Positions 1 through 13,708 of a stretch of 64,000 nucleotides of DNA are shown in pieces. The notes under the pieces were generated by a model. It did no database searches and was not told where the DNA came from. It was given only the letters and a program-made list of their open reading frames with translations. Each line of letters opens with the position of its first letter. Position 1 is the first letter of the stretch. A program made the translations under genes and the position numbers. The stretch is from Chlorokybus atmophyticus (taxonomy: Eukaryota > Plantae > Mesostigma and Chlorokybus algae), in contig RHPI01002069.1 of the NCBI GenBank assembly GCA_009103225.1, forward strand, positions 1,408,744-1,472,743, given 5' to 3'.

Positions 1-470
1 CACCAGCAGGTGGAAGGTGCGTTCGAGTGGGTGCCACCATACTTGCGGCACTTGGCTGCATGCACCGTCATGCCTGCCCGCTCTCCACACGCCGTGATGG
101 GGCCATTCAGCAACATCTTCATGTCGCAGGGTGGGCTTTGATGCCACGAGATCAAGGCGTCCGCCCTGCGACTGCCTTGCGCAGATGGGCCTGAAACCCA
201 ACTGCTCGCGACTCACACAACGAAGCCAACCTCGGTCACCGACGTGAACACCTTGTCACAAACACGTCGTGGGTGGCGGTGCGTGCGCATCTTAGGCCGC
301 AGCGGAGCAGGTGTGTGCCCTCCAACCACAGAGTCGTCCCGCACGTGTGTGACACTCTGGTCAGTGATACATGTGGTAAGCCCAATGGTATGCGCAGCGC
401 CGTCCGAAGATGTTGTTGGACAATCGCGTTGCTGACGTCAGGAGCAGTCTGCTCTGCCAAGCAACCTGCT
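1..470 (-). mobile_element. 5'-truncated remnant of a CRE/SLACS-type (RLE) non-LTR retrotransposon (CCHC knuckle plus restriction-like endonuclease region); continues past the window start
   Basis: ORF 236..460 reads LRTALRIPLGLPH...CGTTLWLEGTHLLRCGLRCARTATHD (C-x-G...H...C...R-x-x-x-HD pattern). Downstream frames give GGRLDLVA and AAKCRKYG, the RLE-type (P)D...K-x-x-KY motifs. Frameshifted. Confidence 0.7.
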
Positions 471-694
471 CATAAGCCCGCCACCGGTAATCTGCGCGCC
501 TTGTGAGTCTAATGGTCAGGGTCTCGCCAGCAGGGTAGGCAACATGACTTGCCTATAATCATCAAATCACGCACAATTGGTATTGGCATGGCAACCGTCA
601 AGCGCAAGGAAGCACCGATAAGCTAGGCACACGCTCCATCACCAATAGTGTTCGATAACCAAGTCCTTCTAGCAATCGGCTGTTCTGGTTTGCA

Positions 695-3600
695 CTACGA
701 ACTTGGCGGCAGTGCACAGTTGGAGAGCTCTCCAATCTCTGGCTTTTCCGTCTGCCATGTACAGGAAGAGTTCACTTAGTTTCTTCCACTGGTACTTTGT
801 GGCTACTGTCACTGGAAGCGGTTGCCCTAAAGGCCCTGTTAACTATGTGCTTATCGAAGCAATGCTGCATACACATCGCAACTGCATCCAGGATACTAAC
901 ATGATTGAACAATGCATCCTTGAAACAAACTGGTACTCACCAGCAGCTGATCCACATTCCAGGTGTTTCGGAAGAGAAGCACAGGCCTGTTGTACTGTGC
1001 AGCGAGACAATTGGTCAGTAGATGTTCCACAAAGCTTACGAGCAGGCAGAACAATGTGTGCAAAAGGGAAATGATTGAAATGTGTGAAGCAACAAACTCG
1101 CACCGCATCTTTCGCTACCACGCAGTTAAACAAGCGTCCAGCCTTTTCCACAGCAGGCCAGCCTGCATTCACCCAGCGCGCGACAGTATAGGGCAGCGGG
1201 TCCAACTGCGTCTCGACTCCATACTCACTTTGTAACCTATACTGCACCACCTGTTTACCACAGATGGCTCAGCATGCGTAATTGTGTTGACTGCATTGTG
1301 TCAGTGAACACGAGACACTCACCTCAAACTGCAGCTGTCCAACAGCTGCAACGATGGGGTCAGTTCTCCTATCATCCATGGAGTACAGCGCCTGCAGCAG
1401 CAAATCGTCAGTAATACTCTCAACGCAACCAACTGCGTGTGCTTGCAACTACAGTGCCCAAAGTGCCTCACATACTGCACGGATTCTGTAGTATAAACTG
1501 TTCTTGGTCTGAAGACCAGTATGAAAAAATTCAGTAAGCATACCTGCACAGCTCCCTCACCAAGCAGCTCAGAAATGCCCTTCTGAAACTGCTTGTACTT
1601 GGAGGGAGTCAAGTTCCGCAGATATGCAAACAGCTCTGGCGAGAATGTGGGGATGCCGGGGTAAGTGCGTTTTGGGCCACAATAGATGGTGTCGCCGATA
1701 GCGAATGCACCCGGGTTGTTAAGGCCGATTACTGCAAGCAGTAAGGCAATCAGCAACGAGACATGCTCAGTGCCATCTACAGCAAATTGTCAAACACTGG
1801 CTACCATCCACTGACAACCACCATTCAAACCCCTGTGTGTCCTCAATGACCAACTCAGTCCAACAACAGCATTTACGAATGGCTTACCATCACCAGCGAA
1901 TCCAGTATCCACAGTGCTGCGTTCTTGCGCAAACAGCTTCTGTGGTCGAGTTAGTGCAATGCTCTTCCCCGTGCGCGCAATCTGCACCTTCATGCCACGT
2001 TCAAACACACCTGTTGCAACCAATGTTGTGTGTTCAGCGCCAGATCCGTAAAGATTTAGCGGCTGGTCAAGCTGTGGGCTGCAATACCAGAGCAAACTCG
2101 CAAGAAGGCAATCTTGTCGCGATGCTTGGGGTCCATGTTCGCTTGCAGCTGCAAGGAACAGAAGTTCACACTCCGGCCGTGCAAGCATGATTCAAAATGA
2201 CACTCTACTGTGTTTTGAAGTTGCAAGCTGGTCATGCACACTGCGCAAAGCAAGCCAGATTCGCTGGAGCTGATGCTTTAGTGGGTCAGATGTCACACCG
2301 CTTCAATTTGGTTCGATGCACTACGTCATGACTGCACAGGTGGCAGGTCGGTGTCACCGCAAAAGAATGACTACCTTGAAGACGAAACCAGTAAAGTGAG
2401 GGTCATCCGGCAGTATCTCGTCACCATCAATGCTCTCATGAGCTCCAGGTGCAACGGCATAATCGAGGAAAGATTCCAGGAACAGTTGAACCTGCAATGG
2501 CATAGCGATTGTTGTGCTAAAGTTTTGTTGTCATGGCGTCAAGGCAAACAACGGTGGCTTGTGGCAAGCTTACACCGAAATTGTTCATGGCAGAGCCAAA
2601 GAAAACTGGCGTCAGCTGGCCAGCAGCAACCTCATCAAGATCTAATGGCGGCGACACAGAGTCCAGGAGTTCCAGTTCTTCCTGAGCAGCAATCCATCAG
2701 CAAGCATGCAACACCTTCAGCTTGCTATGGTTACCAAGGAGACTGCATGCCATTCTCTCAAGCACACCTACAAATCTACCTACTGCCAGCCCCTTGCAAT
2801 CAAACCTGAAGCTGGAGCAGTAACTCCTCTGGAATCAACTCTTGCAGTCTGGGATCGTCTTTTGGTAGCACATTGGCCACAGCCTCTCGGGAGCCATGGT
2901 TCAATGCTCGCTCAAATAGATGCACTTCACTGGTAGGCCTATGGTACACGCCCATAAACCTACGCGAGAAACGATAGGTTTAAGGTGTGCGATGTGAAAC
3001 GAGTGCAGTGTCGTTCATCAACATGGGTGTAGTGCACTGGATGGTGTGAGAAGTTTTTCCTCGCACCTATCACCTGAGCCTATTGGCCAGTTGACAGCGT
3101 ATGTTGGCAGGTTGAACTCCTTCTCAATCTGATCCAGCAGCTCCAAAGGCTCGAGCGAAGGCCGATCCAGCTTATTTACGAACGTGAACACGGGCAGTTG
3201 GCGCATGCGGCACACCTGTGCATGACAGGTAGTTGAACATGGTTGCATGCGCATTGACCTGTACTAATATGCGCTCGCGAGTTTGTACACACACAACCCA
3301 CAGCAGAATGTGGCAGTGTGTACACTACCTCAAATAACTTTCGTGTCTGAGGTTCCAAACCCTTTGCAGCATCTACAAGCATGACCGCATTGTCTGCTGC
3401 GGCCAGCGTCCTGCACAAAGCAAGCATATCAGCTGCACTGCCCAAGCTGGCCTGAATTCCCTAACTTGCATTGGTAGATCAACTGCACTTGCCTGTACGT
3501 ATCCTCTCCGAAATCTTGATGTCCAGGAGTGTCTAGCAGGTTGATCTGAACGCCCTTGAAACCAAACTGCATGCAGGTGGATGTGATGGAGATACCTGCC

Positions 3601-4316
3601 GAAGTGGATGCTTAAGCAAAGTGAAACTGCGGCAGAGTTGCAGCGTGTGTGCGTGTGTTGAAACAAGCGAAGCCTTGACCAGCGTTAAATCTCTGCAGCC
3701 ATGAGAAAGTCAGAACGTGGCCGTACCTCTGGCCTTTTCTAGCTCCATCCAATCAGATGTGGCATGCCGCGCAGCCCTTCTAGCCTTGACAGCTCCAGCC
3801 TCATGGATTGCCCCACCATAGAGCAGCAACTTTTCAGTCTGCACAGCACAGTTTCTTACCGATGTAGCCCATGAAGCAATGTAGCAAGCGTAACATGCAC
3901 ATCAGCAATCGAACAAACATAGAGTCAAAGTATACCAGTGTAGTCTTGCCAGCATCAGGATGCGATATAATAGCAAAATTTCTGCGTCGCCCGACTTCAG
4001 TCTGCAAGTCGTAGGCTGGTGGTGCTGTCACCCCAGCAGTGCTAGGCTGTGCTTCTGTAACATCAGCAATGCGCGTCTCCTGGACGGGCGCTTGAGCCTC
4101 TGCAGCAACAGCGGCGTCCACTGCGCACAGCGTGTGCCACCTGACACGCTGGCTCCTCAGCTTCTTGGGTTGATGAAAGCAAGCTGCTTTACTCAACGAA
4201 GCTGCTTGGTGCCGCAGGCGCTGGTCTCTGTGTCTACTTTGTGAGGTGCTCACAGCTGCAGCTGCCAAGCTAAGTGTGGAAGCAACCGGCACCACTACAG
4301 CCATCATTGCAGACAT
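695..4316 (-). CDS. prfC: Bacterial-type peptide chain release factor 3 (translational GTPase) with N-terminal organellar, probably plastid, transit peptide; about 13 exons
   Basis: Exons encode [96 protein letters not shown] and [23 protein letters not shown] at 4316 is followed by a Ser/Ala/Arg-rich leader; stop TAG at 695-697. Confidence 0.93.
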
Positions 4317-5390
4317 GACTTGGTTGCAGGCATCAGCCTCTGCAGCGAACGATAAGAGTGTCAGACAATCACGCCCGGCAACCTTTGGCCACGAGCTGTT
4401 ACTCAACACACAGCTGACGAACACAAAAGTCACCCACACTGACTACAAGAAAGAAGTGTACATGGAAGCGTTGCATTCATGGGCTATCAACACATCACAT
4501 AGATTGAGTACAAAATCCATACAGACTACAAGTGCGTGTTAGGCGTTCCGCCAGTGAGCTGTTATCTTTCCAGCCGTGGTCGAGTCAAGAGGTAGGTAGC
4601 TGAATATTCTACACAGACGACTTGTCAACCAAAGCTCGCAATCTGCGAACGTAGACTGTGCAATTTCGGTGAGTTGAAAACGGTACCATTACAAGCAGCA
4701 TCCTGACGCTATTCCACAACATAATTGCTTCGAGACTGGCTGTTGGATTGTTACGAGCAGCCTGACGCAGATTACTCGCAAGAGTGAAGGCAACATGTAC
4801 GTTAAGGTGTGCCTGAAAAGCAAGAATCCAGACTGTTGCAGCCAGGTAAGTGTCACTACGCGTGCTCAACTGCTCGGCACCGCATTGTCACAGCACCCAG
4901 ACTCGCCCACAAACATCTGATTATATGCAGCGTCTCACCAATCAAGAACAGCAGCTATATGCATACATGCCAATCTCCACAACAAAATCTCAGCTACACT
5001 GACCTGGAATTCAAGCGCCGAGCGCTTGTCGCTAGCCTCAATCACCACCGCCGTCGCCGCCGCCTCCTTGTGGCTACCACGCACGCCACACAGCTGCCGG
5101 GAGAATTACCAGCACTAGCGAGTGTTGAAACCGGTTTACATCGGGTCAACAAGTCGACTTCGCATGCGTTGCGACCGAACCTGGTTCACGGAACCCTAAC
5201 ATTGCTAGGTTGTTCAACTTGTCGCCGCCGCCGCTGTCGCCGGCACCATCGGCGCCCGTGGTGGCGACATCGCGAAGGACCTTGGCGGGGTTGGGTCCGT
5301 TGAGCACAGATTTGGTTTGCATTATGCTGGAGAGCTTGGATTGTTGAGTGCAACTCTCTGCCTGGAGAAAGGCGGTGTACTTTAAACGAC

Positions 5391-8300
5391 ATGGCTGCAG
5401 CCGCAGCGTTTCAGCGGTTGCAGCCGCTGGCGCTGGACACGGAGGAGGCTTTGCTGGCGCCCATTCCGCTCGGTCCTGCTCCCCACCTCGTGCATGGAAA
5501 GCTGCAGAACGGTCTGACGTATTACGTCAGGTCAAACCCTAAACCCAAAAACCGAGCAGCGCTGGCACTCGCCGTGCGCGTCGGGTAAGCTCCTGCACCT
5601 GGCCGCGCTTCTTCAGCGTCGCATGCATGTTACTGTACAAGCAAATCTACCTCTGTTTCCGGAGGGTTATAGCCCCAGGTTATGGCCCCTGTGCATGGAT
5701 CTGCGTAGATCTGGTGGCTGTTTAGGCTGTACGCTTGTTGAGGTTGTGCCCTTGTGTTTGTGACTGTATTCAGTTCCGTCGCGGAAACCGAAGAGGAACG
5801 TGGCGTGGCACACATTGTGGAGCATTTAGCCTTTTCTGCCACAGAAAGCTACGAGAACCACGATCTCGTCAAATTCCTTGAGAGCATTGGGGCCGAGTTC
5901 GGTGCATGCCAGGTAAGGTTGTCTGGAGACGCGCAATGCATTGAGGAGCCTGTTGACATGATTGAGCTCGTAGTCAGTGGCGCAATGTTTCAGTCGTGGA
6001 TGTGTAGCATGTCAAGCGTTCGTGATGTATACGTTGCGCCAGAGCACTCTGCCGCCCGTCCTCTGACAAACAGCTGTCGCGTAGCTGATTTGTCCAAGCG
6101 GACGGCTGATAAATTGTCAGTGGTCTCTGTACTTTGTGATTAGAGCCTAATTACGCACTTGTATTGCAGAATGCTTACACTTCTGCTGATGAAACGGTGT
6201 TTGAGCTTTTCATTCCCATCGACAAGCCAGGCGTGCTCAAGCAGGCATTTTCTGTGCTGGCAGAATTTTCTACCAAGGTAATGCAGCATTTTGCGCTGCG
6301 GCTATTATCATATAAGTAGTGCCTAGATGTATGGTTGTGCATATTGTACCGAGCTGTATGCAAACCTTGGCGAACTTTTGCTGCACAGGTGCGTGCCTCA
6401 GACTCTGATCTGGAGAAGGAGCGTGGGGCCGTGTTGGAAGAGTGGCGAGCCGGACGCGACTCCAGAGGACGGCTAGCTGAGGCCCACTGGAAGCTGTCCA
6501 TGGATGGATCTCGGGTATGTCAGCGTAGTTGTCCAGGCTGTCTGTTTCGACGTGCACTGTGGTGGGAGCATTGGCTTTGTCAGCATGGTGTGTCTTTCAG
6601 TTTCATTGCTGTTCTACAGCTTCTGTGTACAGTAACAGCAAGCTGCAACACGTGAGAACAGCATGACTGAGCTCTGCATCAATGGTGTTCACATTGCCAT
6701 TTTGCCATATGGAGTTGCCAGTATGCAGAACGCCTACCCATTGGTCTGGAGAAAGTGATACGGAATGTCAGTGGCGAGGTGGTGCGTGCTTTCTATCATC
6801 GGTGGTACAGGCCGGAGAACATGGCTGTTGTTGCCATTGGCGACTTCCCAGACCCGCAGGTACGAACGTGCAGGATTTTGTTTTCGCTGACAAATTGATA
6901 ATGTTGTTACTTCTGTTGCAGGGGGTGTTGAACTTGGTCGAAGAATTATTTGGTTCACAGCAAGCTGATGGTGAGGCTGTCCCTATACCCAGCTTTGGGT
7001 TTCCTCAGCGGACACAGCCTCGGTTTTCAGCCTTTGTGGATCACGAGGCAACAGAGGTGTGTTTGGTTGTGTATGGTACCAAGTTGTGTATGCTTGAATT
7101 ATTGAAGTGCGTGATGACTGATGCCCAATTCGGTATCAGACTGCAGTACTTGTCAACTACAAGGCCCCTCGCAAGTTAATGAGTACCATCAAAGATTACC
7201 AGCATTACCTGGCTAGTGAGATTTTCCAGATGGTGCTGAACCAGCGCTTCTTCAAGATTTGTCGACAACAGGATGCACCATTCTACTCTGCTGTTGCGTC
7301 CACAGAGGACCCTGTACGGCCAGTGCAGGCATTTGGGTTGAGTGCTGTTCCTGAAGAGGGAAAGCCCTTGCCAGCTCTCAAGTGCATGCTGATGGAGGTG
7401 AGCTTCCACAATATCAGTTTGCAGTTTGCATGCGCGCCCATGTCCATGGCCGTAATAGCACCGTACTACAATCTGGTCATTTACAGGTGGCTCGCATTCG
7501 GCTGCATGGCGTGTCAGAGCGAGAACTTGCTATTGCAAAGTCTCGCCTTTTGGCAGACATGGAGTCAGCTTACCTAGAACGCGATCAGTCCCAGTCAACA
7601 GACCTTCGAGACGAGTATCTGCAGGTACGGAATATGGTTGCGCAATCGTACTTACAACGCAGTCATTCACTTTGACTGATTGCAGCACTTCTTGCGGGAG
7701 GAGCCAGTGCCCGGCATTGCATATGAAGCTCAGTTGGCCAAGACACTCCTTCCAGGTCTGTCGTGCTACATGCTACAGCCATTGCCAGTTGCAAGCACTG
7801 TCAGACCTGAGGTGGTACCTCTTCGCCATGTGCAGCGATAACCAGAAGCGAAGTGGCGACTTTTGCACAATTGTTTCGTCCAGAGTGTAATTGTGTGGTG
7901 AAGACGGTAGGCGCTTCGTATTAATGTATGTTGGTTGTTGCAGGGCTCCGTAGCAGATGAACTCACGCTGTGCTTCTCGTGGTTTGTTCTTGCAAACTTA
8001 GGTTTCCAATCAGCGGTGTGTTACGGAGGCTGAGCTTGCAGCTGTTCTTGACGAGGTGAAAGCCCTCGAGGAGGCTGGCAGTGTTGGAGGTTGGGCAGAG
8101 GATAGTGTTCCCGATGAGCTGGTTTCAACTCCGCCGGCACCAGGGTGAGCTTGGCAGAGCCTTGGCAGTTGCTGGTTGCAGCACTTCACCTGTCGCACTG
8201 TTTCCTACGTGATCTATATGTTACTTGTATGTGTTTGTTGTCGTTGTCTCAGTATGCTGTCTGTATACAAACAGCAAGGTGGAGCAGTCTATTGAGTATT

Positions 8301-10930
8301 CCGACATAGGAGTGCGAGAAGTACACCTAAATAATGGGATGCGCATATGCTTTAAGCCAACTGACTTTCTGGACGATCAGGTTCTTATAAGGTACTCATT
8401 GATGTTTGCCATTGCTCACTTCAAGCTGGTGCACAGCGATAGTGGAACATGTGATGGTATACGCGCAGCGGTTATGCGTTTGGCGGGCTGTCTGAGTTGC
8501 CGAAGCAACAGTTTCAAAGTGCGTCCATGGCCTCTGCTATAGCTGGAGAGATGGGAGTGTACGGTTTCAAGGTAAGCACAGGCAGGGCCTCGCGCCTTTT
8601 TGCGACGGTGCAGTATGAGCCAGCCCTGGTCAGGTTGACAGGATGCGCATCCTTTGGGATTGCAACATCTCTCCTGTTAACTGTTACAGGACTGGTAAAG
8701 TAATCCGTCAGTCTGGTACAGATCAGCAACCAACCTGGTTGGACTTTTGTTTGCTGTATCTTCAGTATGGCCGACACATTAGCATGTTACAGTATGTGTC
8801 CAGTTGATTCCGGGCTTCTCGTCCTGATTGCCACATCTGTGCAGCCTGCAGTGCTCTCAGACATGCTCGCTGGCAAACGATGTTCCGTGGGTACTAGTAT
8901 AGGAGCTTACAAACGGACTTTTGGGGGCGATTGCTCACCATCAGACCTGGAAACTGCGCTGCAGGTAAGTCAACAGTGTATACATGTTGCGCATTCGCCT
9001 GCATGTTCCTGACTACGTGTATTGCTTGTGCACAGCTGCTTTACCTGCTGTTCTCAACAAAGCGCAAAGCAGTGGAGAAAGAGCTTAAGTTGATTATGCG
9101 GATGACAAGGGAGGGCATTCTGGCCTCGCAACGGAATCCGTTCTACATGTTTTCGCAGCGCGTCAAATACATCAACTATGGCAACTGTTATTATTTCAAG
9201 CCACTCACAGTGCAGGAATTTGACAAGATTGACCCTCACTATGCGTGCCAGTACTTTGATGACTGCTTCCGCAATCCCGCCGAGTTCACCGTGCTGGTTG
9301 TCGGGTGGGTGGGGGTGCCCAGNNNNNNNNNNNNNNNNNNNNNNNNNNNNNNNNNNNNNNNNNNNNNNNNNNNNNNNNNNNNNNNNNNNNNNNNNNNNNN
9401 NNNNNNNNNNNNNNNNNNNNNNNNNNNNNNNNNNNNNNNNNNNNNNNNNNNNNNNNNNNNNNNGGTTAACACGCATGAATGTCTGCGTTGATACATGCGT
9501 GCTTGGAATGTACTTGTGTGTCGGTGGGTGTGCTCCTGCACACCACGCCCTGACACACGCGTACGTCCGTGTATTAGTGCTGTGTGTGGGACATGTGTGC
9601 GTGTCACTGTGTGCGCACGAGTGTGACTGTATGGGTATGTATGTGTGTGTGTGTGTACTTACTCGATGTTTGTATTCTCGCAGAAACATTGACATCGACG
9701 CAACACTTCCACTCTTCGAACTTTATCTTGGTGGTATTCAAGTACCTCCAGGTAGTCCGCCTCCGCGAAAGCCGGAAGACTTGACACCTTTGCCCTTCAC
9801 GTTTCCAGATGGCATTTTGAAGGAGGACGTGCGATTGCCAATGGTGCACGCGCAAGGTGTCACCCAGATTACATTTCCCGTTGAGCTCACTTCTGGCAGC
9901 GAGCTTGAAGACTCCTTCTGGACGCTTTTCATGTGTCGAGCCTTGGAGACCAGGCTGTTGCGAACGCTGAGGTTCAAGTATGGTGAGATTTACACTGTGA
10001 CCGTGTCTCCTTTCTTCGGTGGAGCCCCTCCTCGCAAACCAGGCATTTTGCGAGGTGACATGGCCATCAGTTTTACATGCGACCCTCAGAGCGCATCCAA
10101 GTTGGTGGACTTGGCACTCAATGAAGTAAGTGGAGGCCAGTATGGGCTGTTGAGCAACAACATGTGTCGCATGCTGACTGCGTTTAAGGAGCTTGCAACG
10201 GAGCACATTTACATTGTAGCCTTTGATCATGTACATTCATATCATTTGCTTACACCATGGTAACCGCAGCTGGAGGAACTACAGCATAAGGGTCCGCTGG
10301 AAGGCGACGTGAAGACAGTTGTTGAGTTGGATGAGCGCGGGCATGAGATGGGTTTGCAAGAGAATGGGTACTGGCTTGACTTGCTGACAGCAGCATATCA
10401 GACGCGAGTCTATCGTGGCAACTTGAGTGACTCGTATCAGGTAATTGCTGCTCCAATATGCTGGTCTGGTCAAGCATGCAAGTTTGTCTCGATTCTTGCT
10501 TATGGCTGCTGCCGTGCTGACTATAAGTCAAACTTGACACGGTCATTGCAGGAACGCGATGCCAAAAGGAGGAGAGTTATTGGCGAGATGTCCAGTGACA
10601 CTGTACGCGCAGCCATTTGCAGGCTTCTGCCCAATCCCTGTACGCAGCACTACACCGTGGTGACGCTTCTCCCGCAGCTATCCCTGTGGCACCGATCGCT
10701 TGCATCCCTCAGACGCACTTCAACAACACAGGTACATGCAGCAGGGGTGTTGTACAGTGTTGTGTGCTGGTTGTCAGTGGTTGTGCAGGTTGGCATAGTG
10801 CTTGATTATATGTTGGTTGTTAGGGCTGTACTCACTCGTATGTGCCACGTAGAAGCTGGTGCTTGCGGCGGCATTAACCGCAGTGACTGCTATGGTCGTT
10901 ACGCGATGGGTTCGGCAATCGAGGTCCTAG
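5391..10930 (+). CDS. PqqL-like M16 zinc peptidase, multi-exon, with a hydrophobic C-terminal tail
   Basis: GKLQNGLTYYV, ERGVAHIVEHLAF (HxxEH zinc motif), NAYTSADETVFEL, EKERGAVLEEWR, RLPIGLEKVI, FYHRWYRPENM, RFKYGEIYTV. The last exon KLVLAAALTAVTAMVVTRWVRQSRS* ends at TAG 10928-10930. Confidence 0.9.
9323..9463. other. Assembly gap (141 N) inside an intron of the M16 peptidase gene, flanked by TG-rich low-complexity sequence
   Basis: Run of N directly visible. Confidence 0.98.
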
Positions 10931-11569
10931 GTGGCAGCAGATTTTGTCAATTGTTGTAGCAATAATAAGTGCATCGACCTGTGAAGTAGACAATTGTACA
11001 ATGCCTTGTCCATTGTATGCATCCCTGCCGAGTCGTATGCAGCATTACCTCGGCTTAGGTGTTACTGTTATTTGTTGCTCTGCAGTATTGCCGTTATCTA
11101 CGGCAGTGTTGTGGTATGGACAGATTGGAGTCTACTGTCCAAGCCCTCTAGACCTGTGTAAACGTGCTGGTTTTAACAAATAGATGTCAACAGCGGTCAG
11201 TGACATGCAAACATGTTGTTAAGGAAAACAGGTGGCAGTGCCCGGGCTCTGCGGAGTGTTCACAAGTAATGCTCTTTGTACATTGCCTATTCACCCACAC
11301 TCACAACTCCATGTCTGGGTTTTATGCTGCAGCAGCCAAGCAAAACCAACCGTGAGCCCTCAGACCTCGGATGCGGCACTGGCATATCGTGTGACTGTGT
11401 GTGTGTGATGTTCAAAAGCCCTCTCTCTGCATATATTATGTCAAACAACCACACGGTCTCAGTGTCAAAGCTATGTTGCTAACCCAACAACAAGTCCAAG
11501 ACAACCACAGCGCGAATGCACATCACATTACAACTACGCACGTCAGCTGCGCAAGCCTCGTGCCAAGAG

Positions 11570-11950
11570 CACTGCCACGTCCGACATGACGACCATGTGG
11601 TCGTCATAGGAGCAGGTTGCGGTGGTGGCCAACCTGGAGCTGCACACACGGCCGTTGTCGCTCTCTCCAACAGAGCCACGCCATGAGCCCGATGTAGACT
11701 ACAGCCTGTAGTGCACAAGCAATCCGCTGCCTATGCATGGACACGAAAACCCAGACATATGTGTCGTATGCAACCCCCTGTGCTGGACTACACGGCGCAC
11801 GCAGTCGATAATCAGCTCATGGAAAGAAGCTCCCAGGGTGCCAAACGTCTCCGCTGCCAATGGGATGAACTTGTCTCCTGGCGCATGGTTACAATACTTC
11901 CGACACTGCGGCAACTCGGCTGCAAAGATGCAGCATGCATAGCATGCATG
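11570..11950 (-). mobile_element. Degenerate 3' fragment of a CRE-type RLE non-LTR retrotransposon
   Basis: QCRKYCNHAPGDKFIPLAAETFGTLG (K-x-x-KY...F-x-PL-x-x-ET-x-G motif), then in another frame SLHRAHGVALLERA. Confidence 0.7.
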
Positions 11951-12049
11951 CAAGTCAACACACGTGCACACACATGCACACACACGCTGACTAGCACGCA
12001 CACGTCAACAGTAGTCATACACGTTCATCATCATCACCATTAACCTATA

Positions 12050-12270
12050 CGCATGACCACCGGGCTATCGCTCACGACTACATCACCTGTCACCACTACT
12101 ACTTGGCTCTGTACCGGCAGCGCGTGTCTTGCGCGCTGCAGCGCGCCCAGGGCATCACCATCCTGGAGCGGGGGGCGGCAGTCGTTGCGGCAGTACCAGG
12201 CTGGGGCCCGGTCCAGACGGCGGCGCCAACGGCGGAAGCGGACGCTGTGCTGGCAGCTGCGGCAGTGTAG
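12050..12270 (+). mobile_element. Extreme 3' end of a CRE-type RLE non-LTR retrotransposon ORF, followed by a TG-rich 3' tail
   Basis: Frame reads LALYRQRVSCALQRAQGITILERGAAVVAAVPGWGP...* (TAG 12268-12270), which aligns by eye with the minus-strand fragment at 11600-11720. Confidence 0.65.
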
Positions 12271-13708
12271 TTGTGTAGGCGTGCTTGCATGCCGCTGGCG
12301 TGCGTGTGAGTATGCTTGTGCAGTGATAGGCAGGGTTGACAGTACGTAGCTTGGTGTGACGATGTCGCTGTTAGTGTATGAGAGACTACTTGCAACACTA
12401 ACCACCGACATGTGTATGGTTCGGTATGGTGGCAGCCAGTATTTGCATCCCTGATGATGGATGTAGGAGTTGGTGTTAGCACACGTAGGCAGGGGCTGGC
12501 GCCATCCCCATCTCCCAACCCACCCACCCACCCACCAATCCTACAGCGTCCCCCACACCCACCTGTGGTGTGGCATTACCAGTTGCAGAGCCAGGGAGGG
12601 GAAAGCGCATGCAACTAACTGTCCCTGATGGTTGTGGAAACCAGAGCACTTAGCAAGGACAAACTACTAGTTGGCGTGGTTACTTGAACAAGGTCAAGAC
12701 TTGTATCATGCACATATGCGCCGCCAGCAAGAGATATGCTATTTGCTGGCTGTTGGTGTTAGCTCTCTCAGTAGCACAGTAGAAGGTGTGGTGGTTATGG
12801 TTGTGATACATATGGACATCGGGTTATGCTTGGGTGGGGAAGGGTTGTATCTGATTTGCATGTGTGTGCGAGCATGTGGGTGTGGGGGTGCGTGGGTGTG
12901 GGTGCGTGTGCCTGCATGTGCGCGGGTGCTTACGCGTGTGTCTGCGTATAGTCCGTACTATTGTCTGCTGTTGTCATCTGGGTTGAGCACAACATTATCA
13001 CCTTATACGTATAACTGTCGGTGTCGGTAGGAGAGAGCATGCACATCTGTGATTAAAGTATGCGCATGGTGCGGATCTTTGTATGAGCACCAGCGCAACT
13101 CAATAAGCTTTGATTGCAATGACAGTACCTACCACACGTCAACAACACTTGTATCTCTCCACACCGAAGTGATTGGGCGTCAATAATAGAGACGGGCAAA
13201 CAAGTTCAGGCGTGGTTGGTGTTGACTCGAAGCGCAGAGTACATGCAGTTGCAGAAGCGATACCTTCTGCCATCTAGCGGCAGAGACCCATGGCACCATG
13301 AGCGAGGACTTCCGCAAGCTCCGCAATGTATGCGTAAAGGGCTATGTACACGCGAGCGCTGCTTACACTACTAGTTGTGAAGACAATAGCACACACGTTT
13401 CAAGTGTAGCAACAGGTGGGTGCCTCACATCAATGCTTGACATGGTGGAAACGTGTGCCAACAGAGTGGACAGAGAAATGTGGCGCACGCAATGTAAGTA
13501 CATGGCCGGATACAACGCCAGCTGCACTGGCCTGTCAGCAACATGTTCCTGCACAAATACGTGCTCCCAATTCCCCACTGCTGTATACGCACAACTGTGT
13601 ATGTTACTTGAACACCTCTGCTCAATTTCCCCCCATTCTGTTCTACCCAAAAATAGAGGTGTTTATCATCTGGGCAAAAACCCAATGCATGTGCCGCAGC
13701 AACGCTGC

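Noticed and set aside
4800-5330. Possible small minus-strand gene (MQTKSVLNGPNPAKVLRDVATTG...) between prfC and the peptidase
   Set aside because: Candidate exons could not be joined into a convincing longer ORF and no domain was recognised; it may be UTR or promoter sequence.
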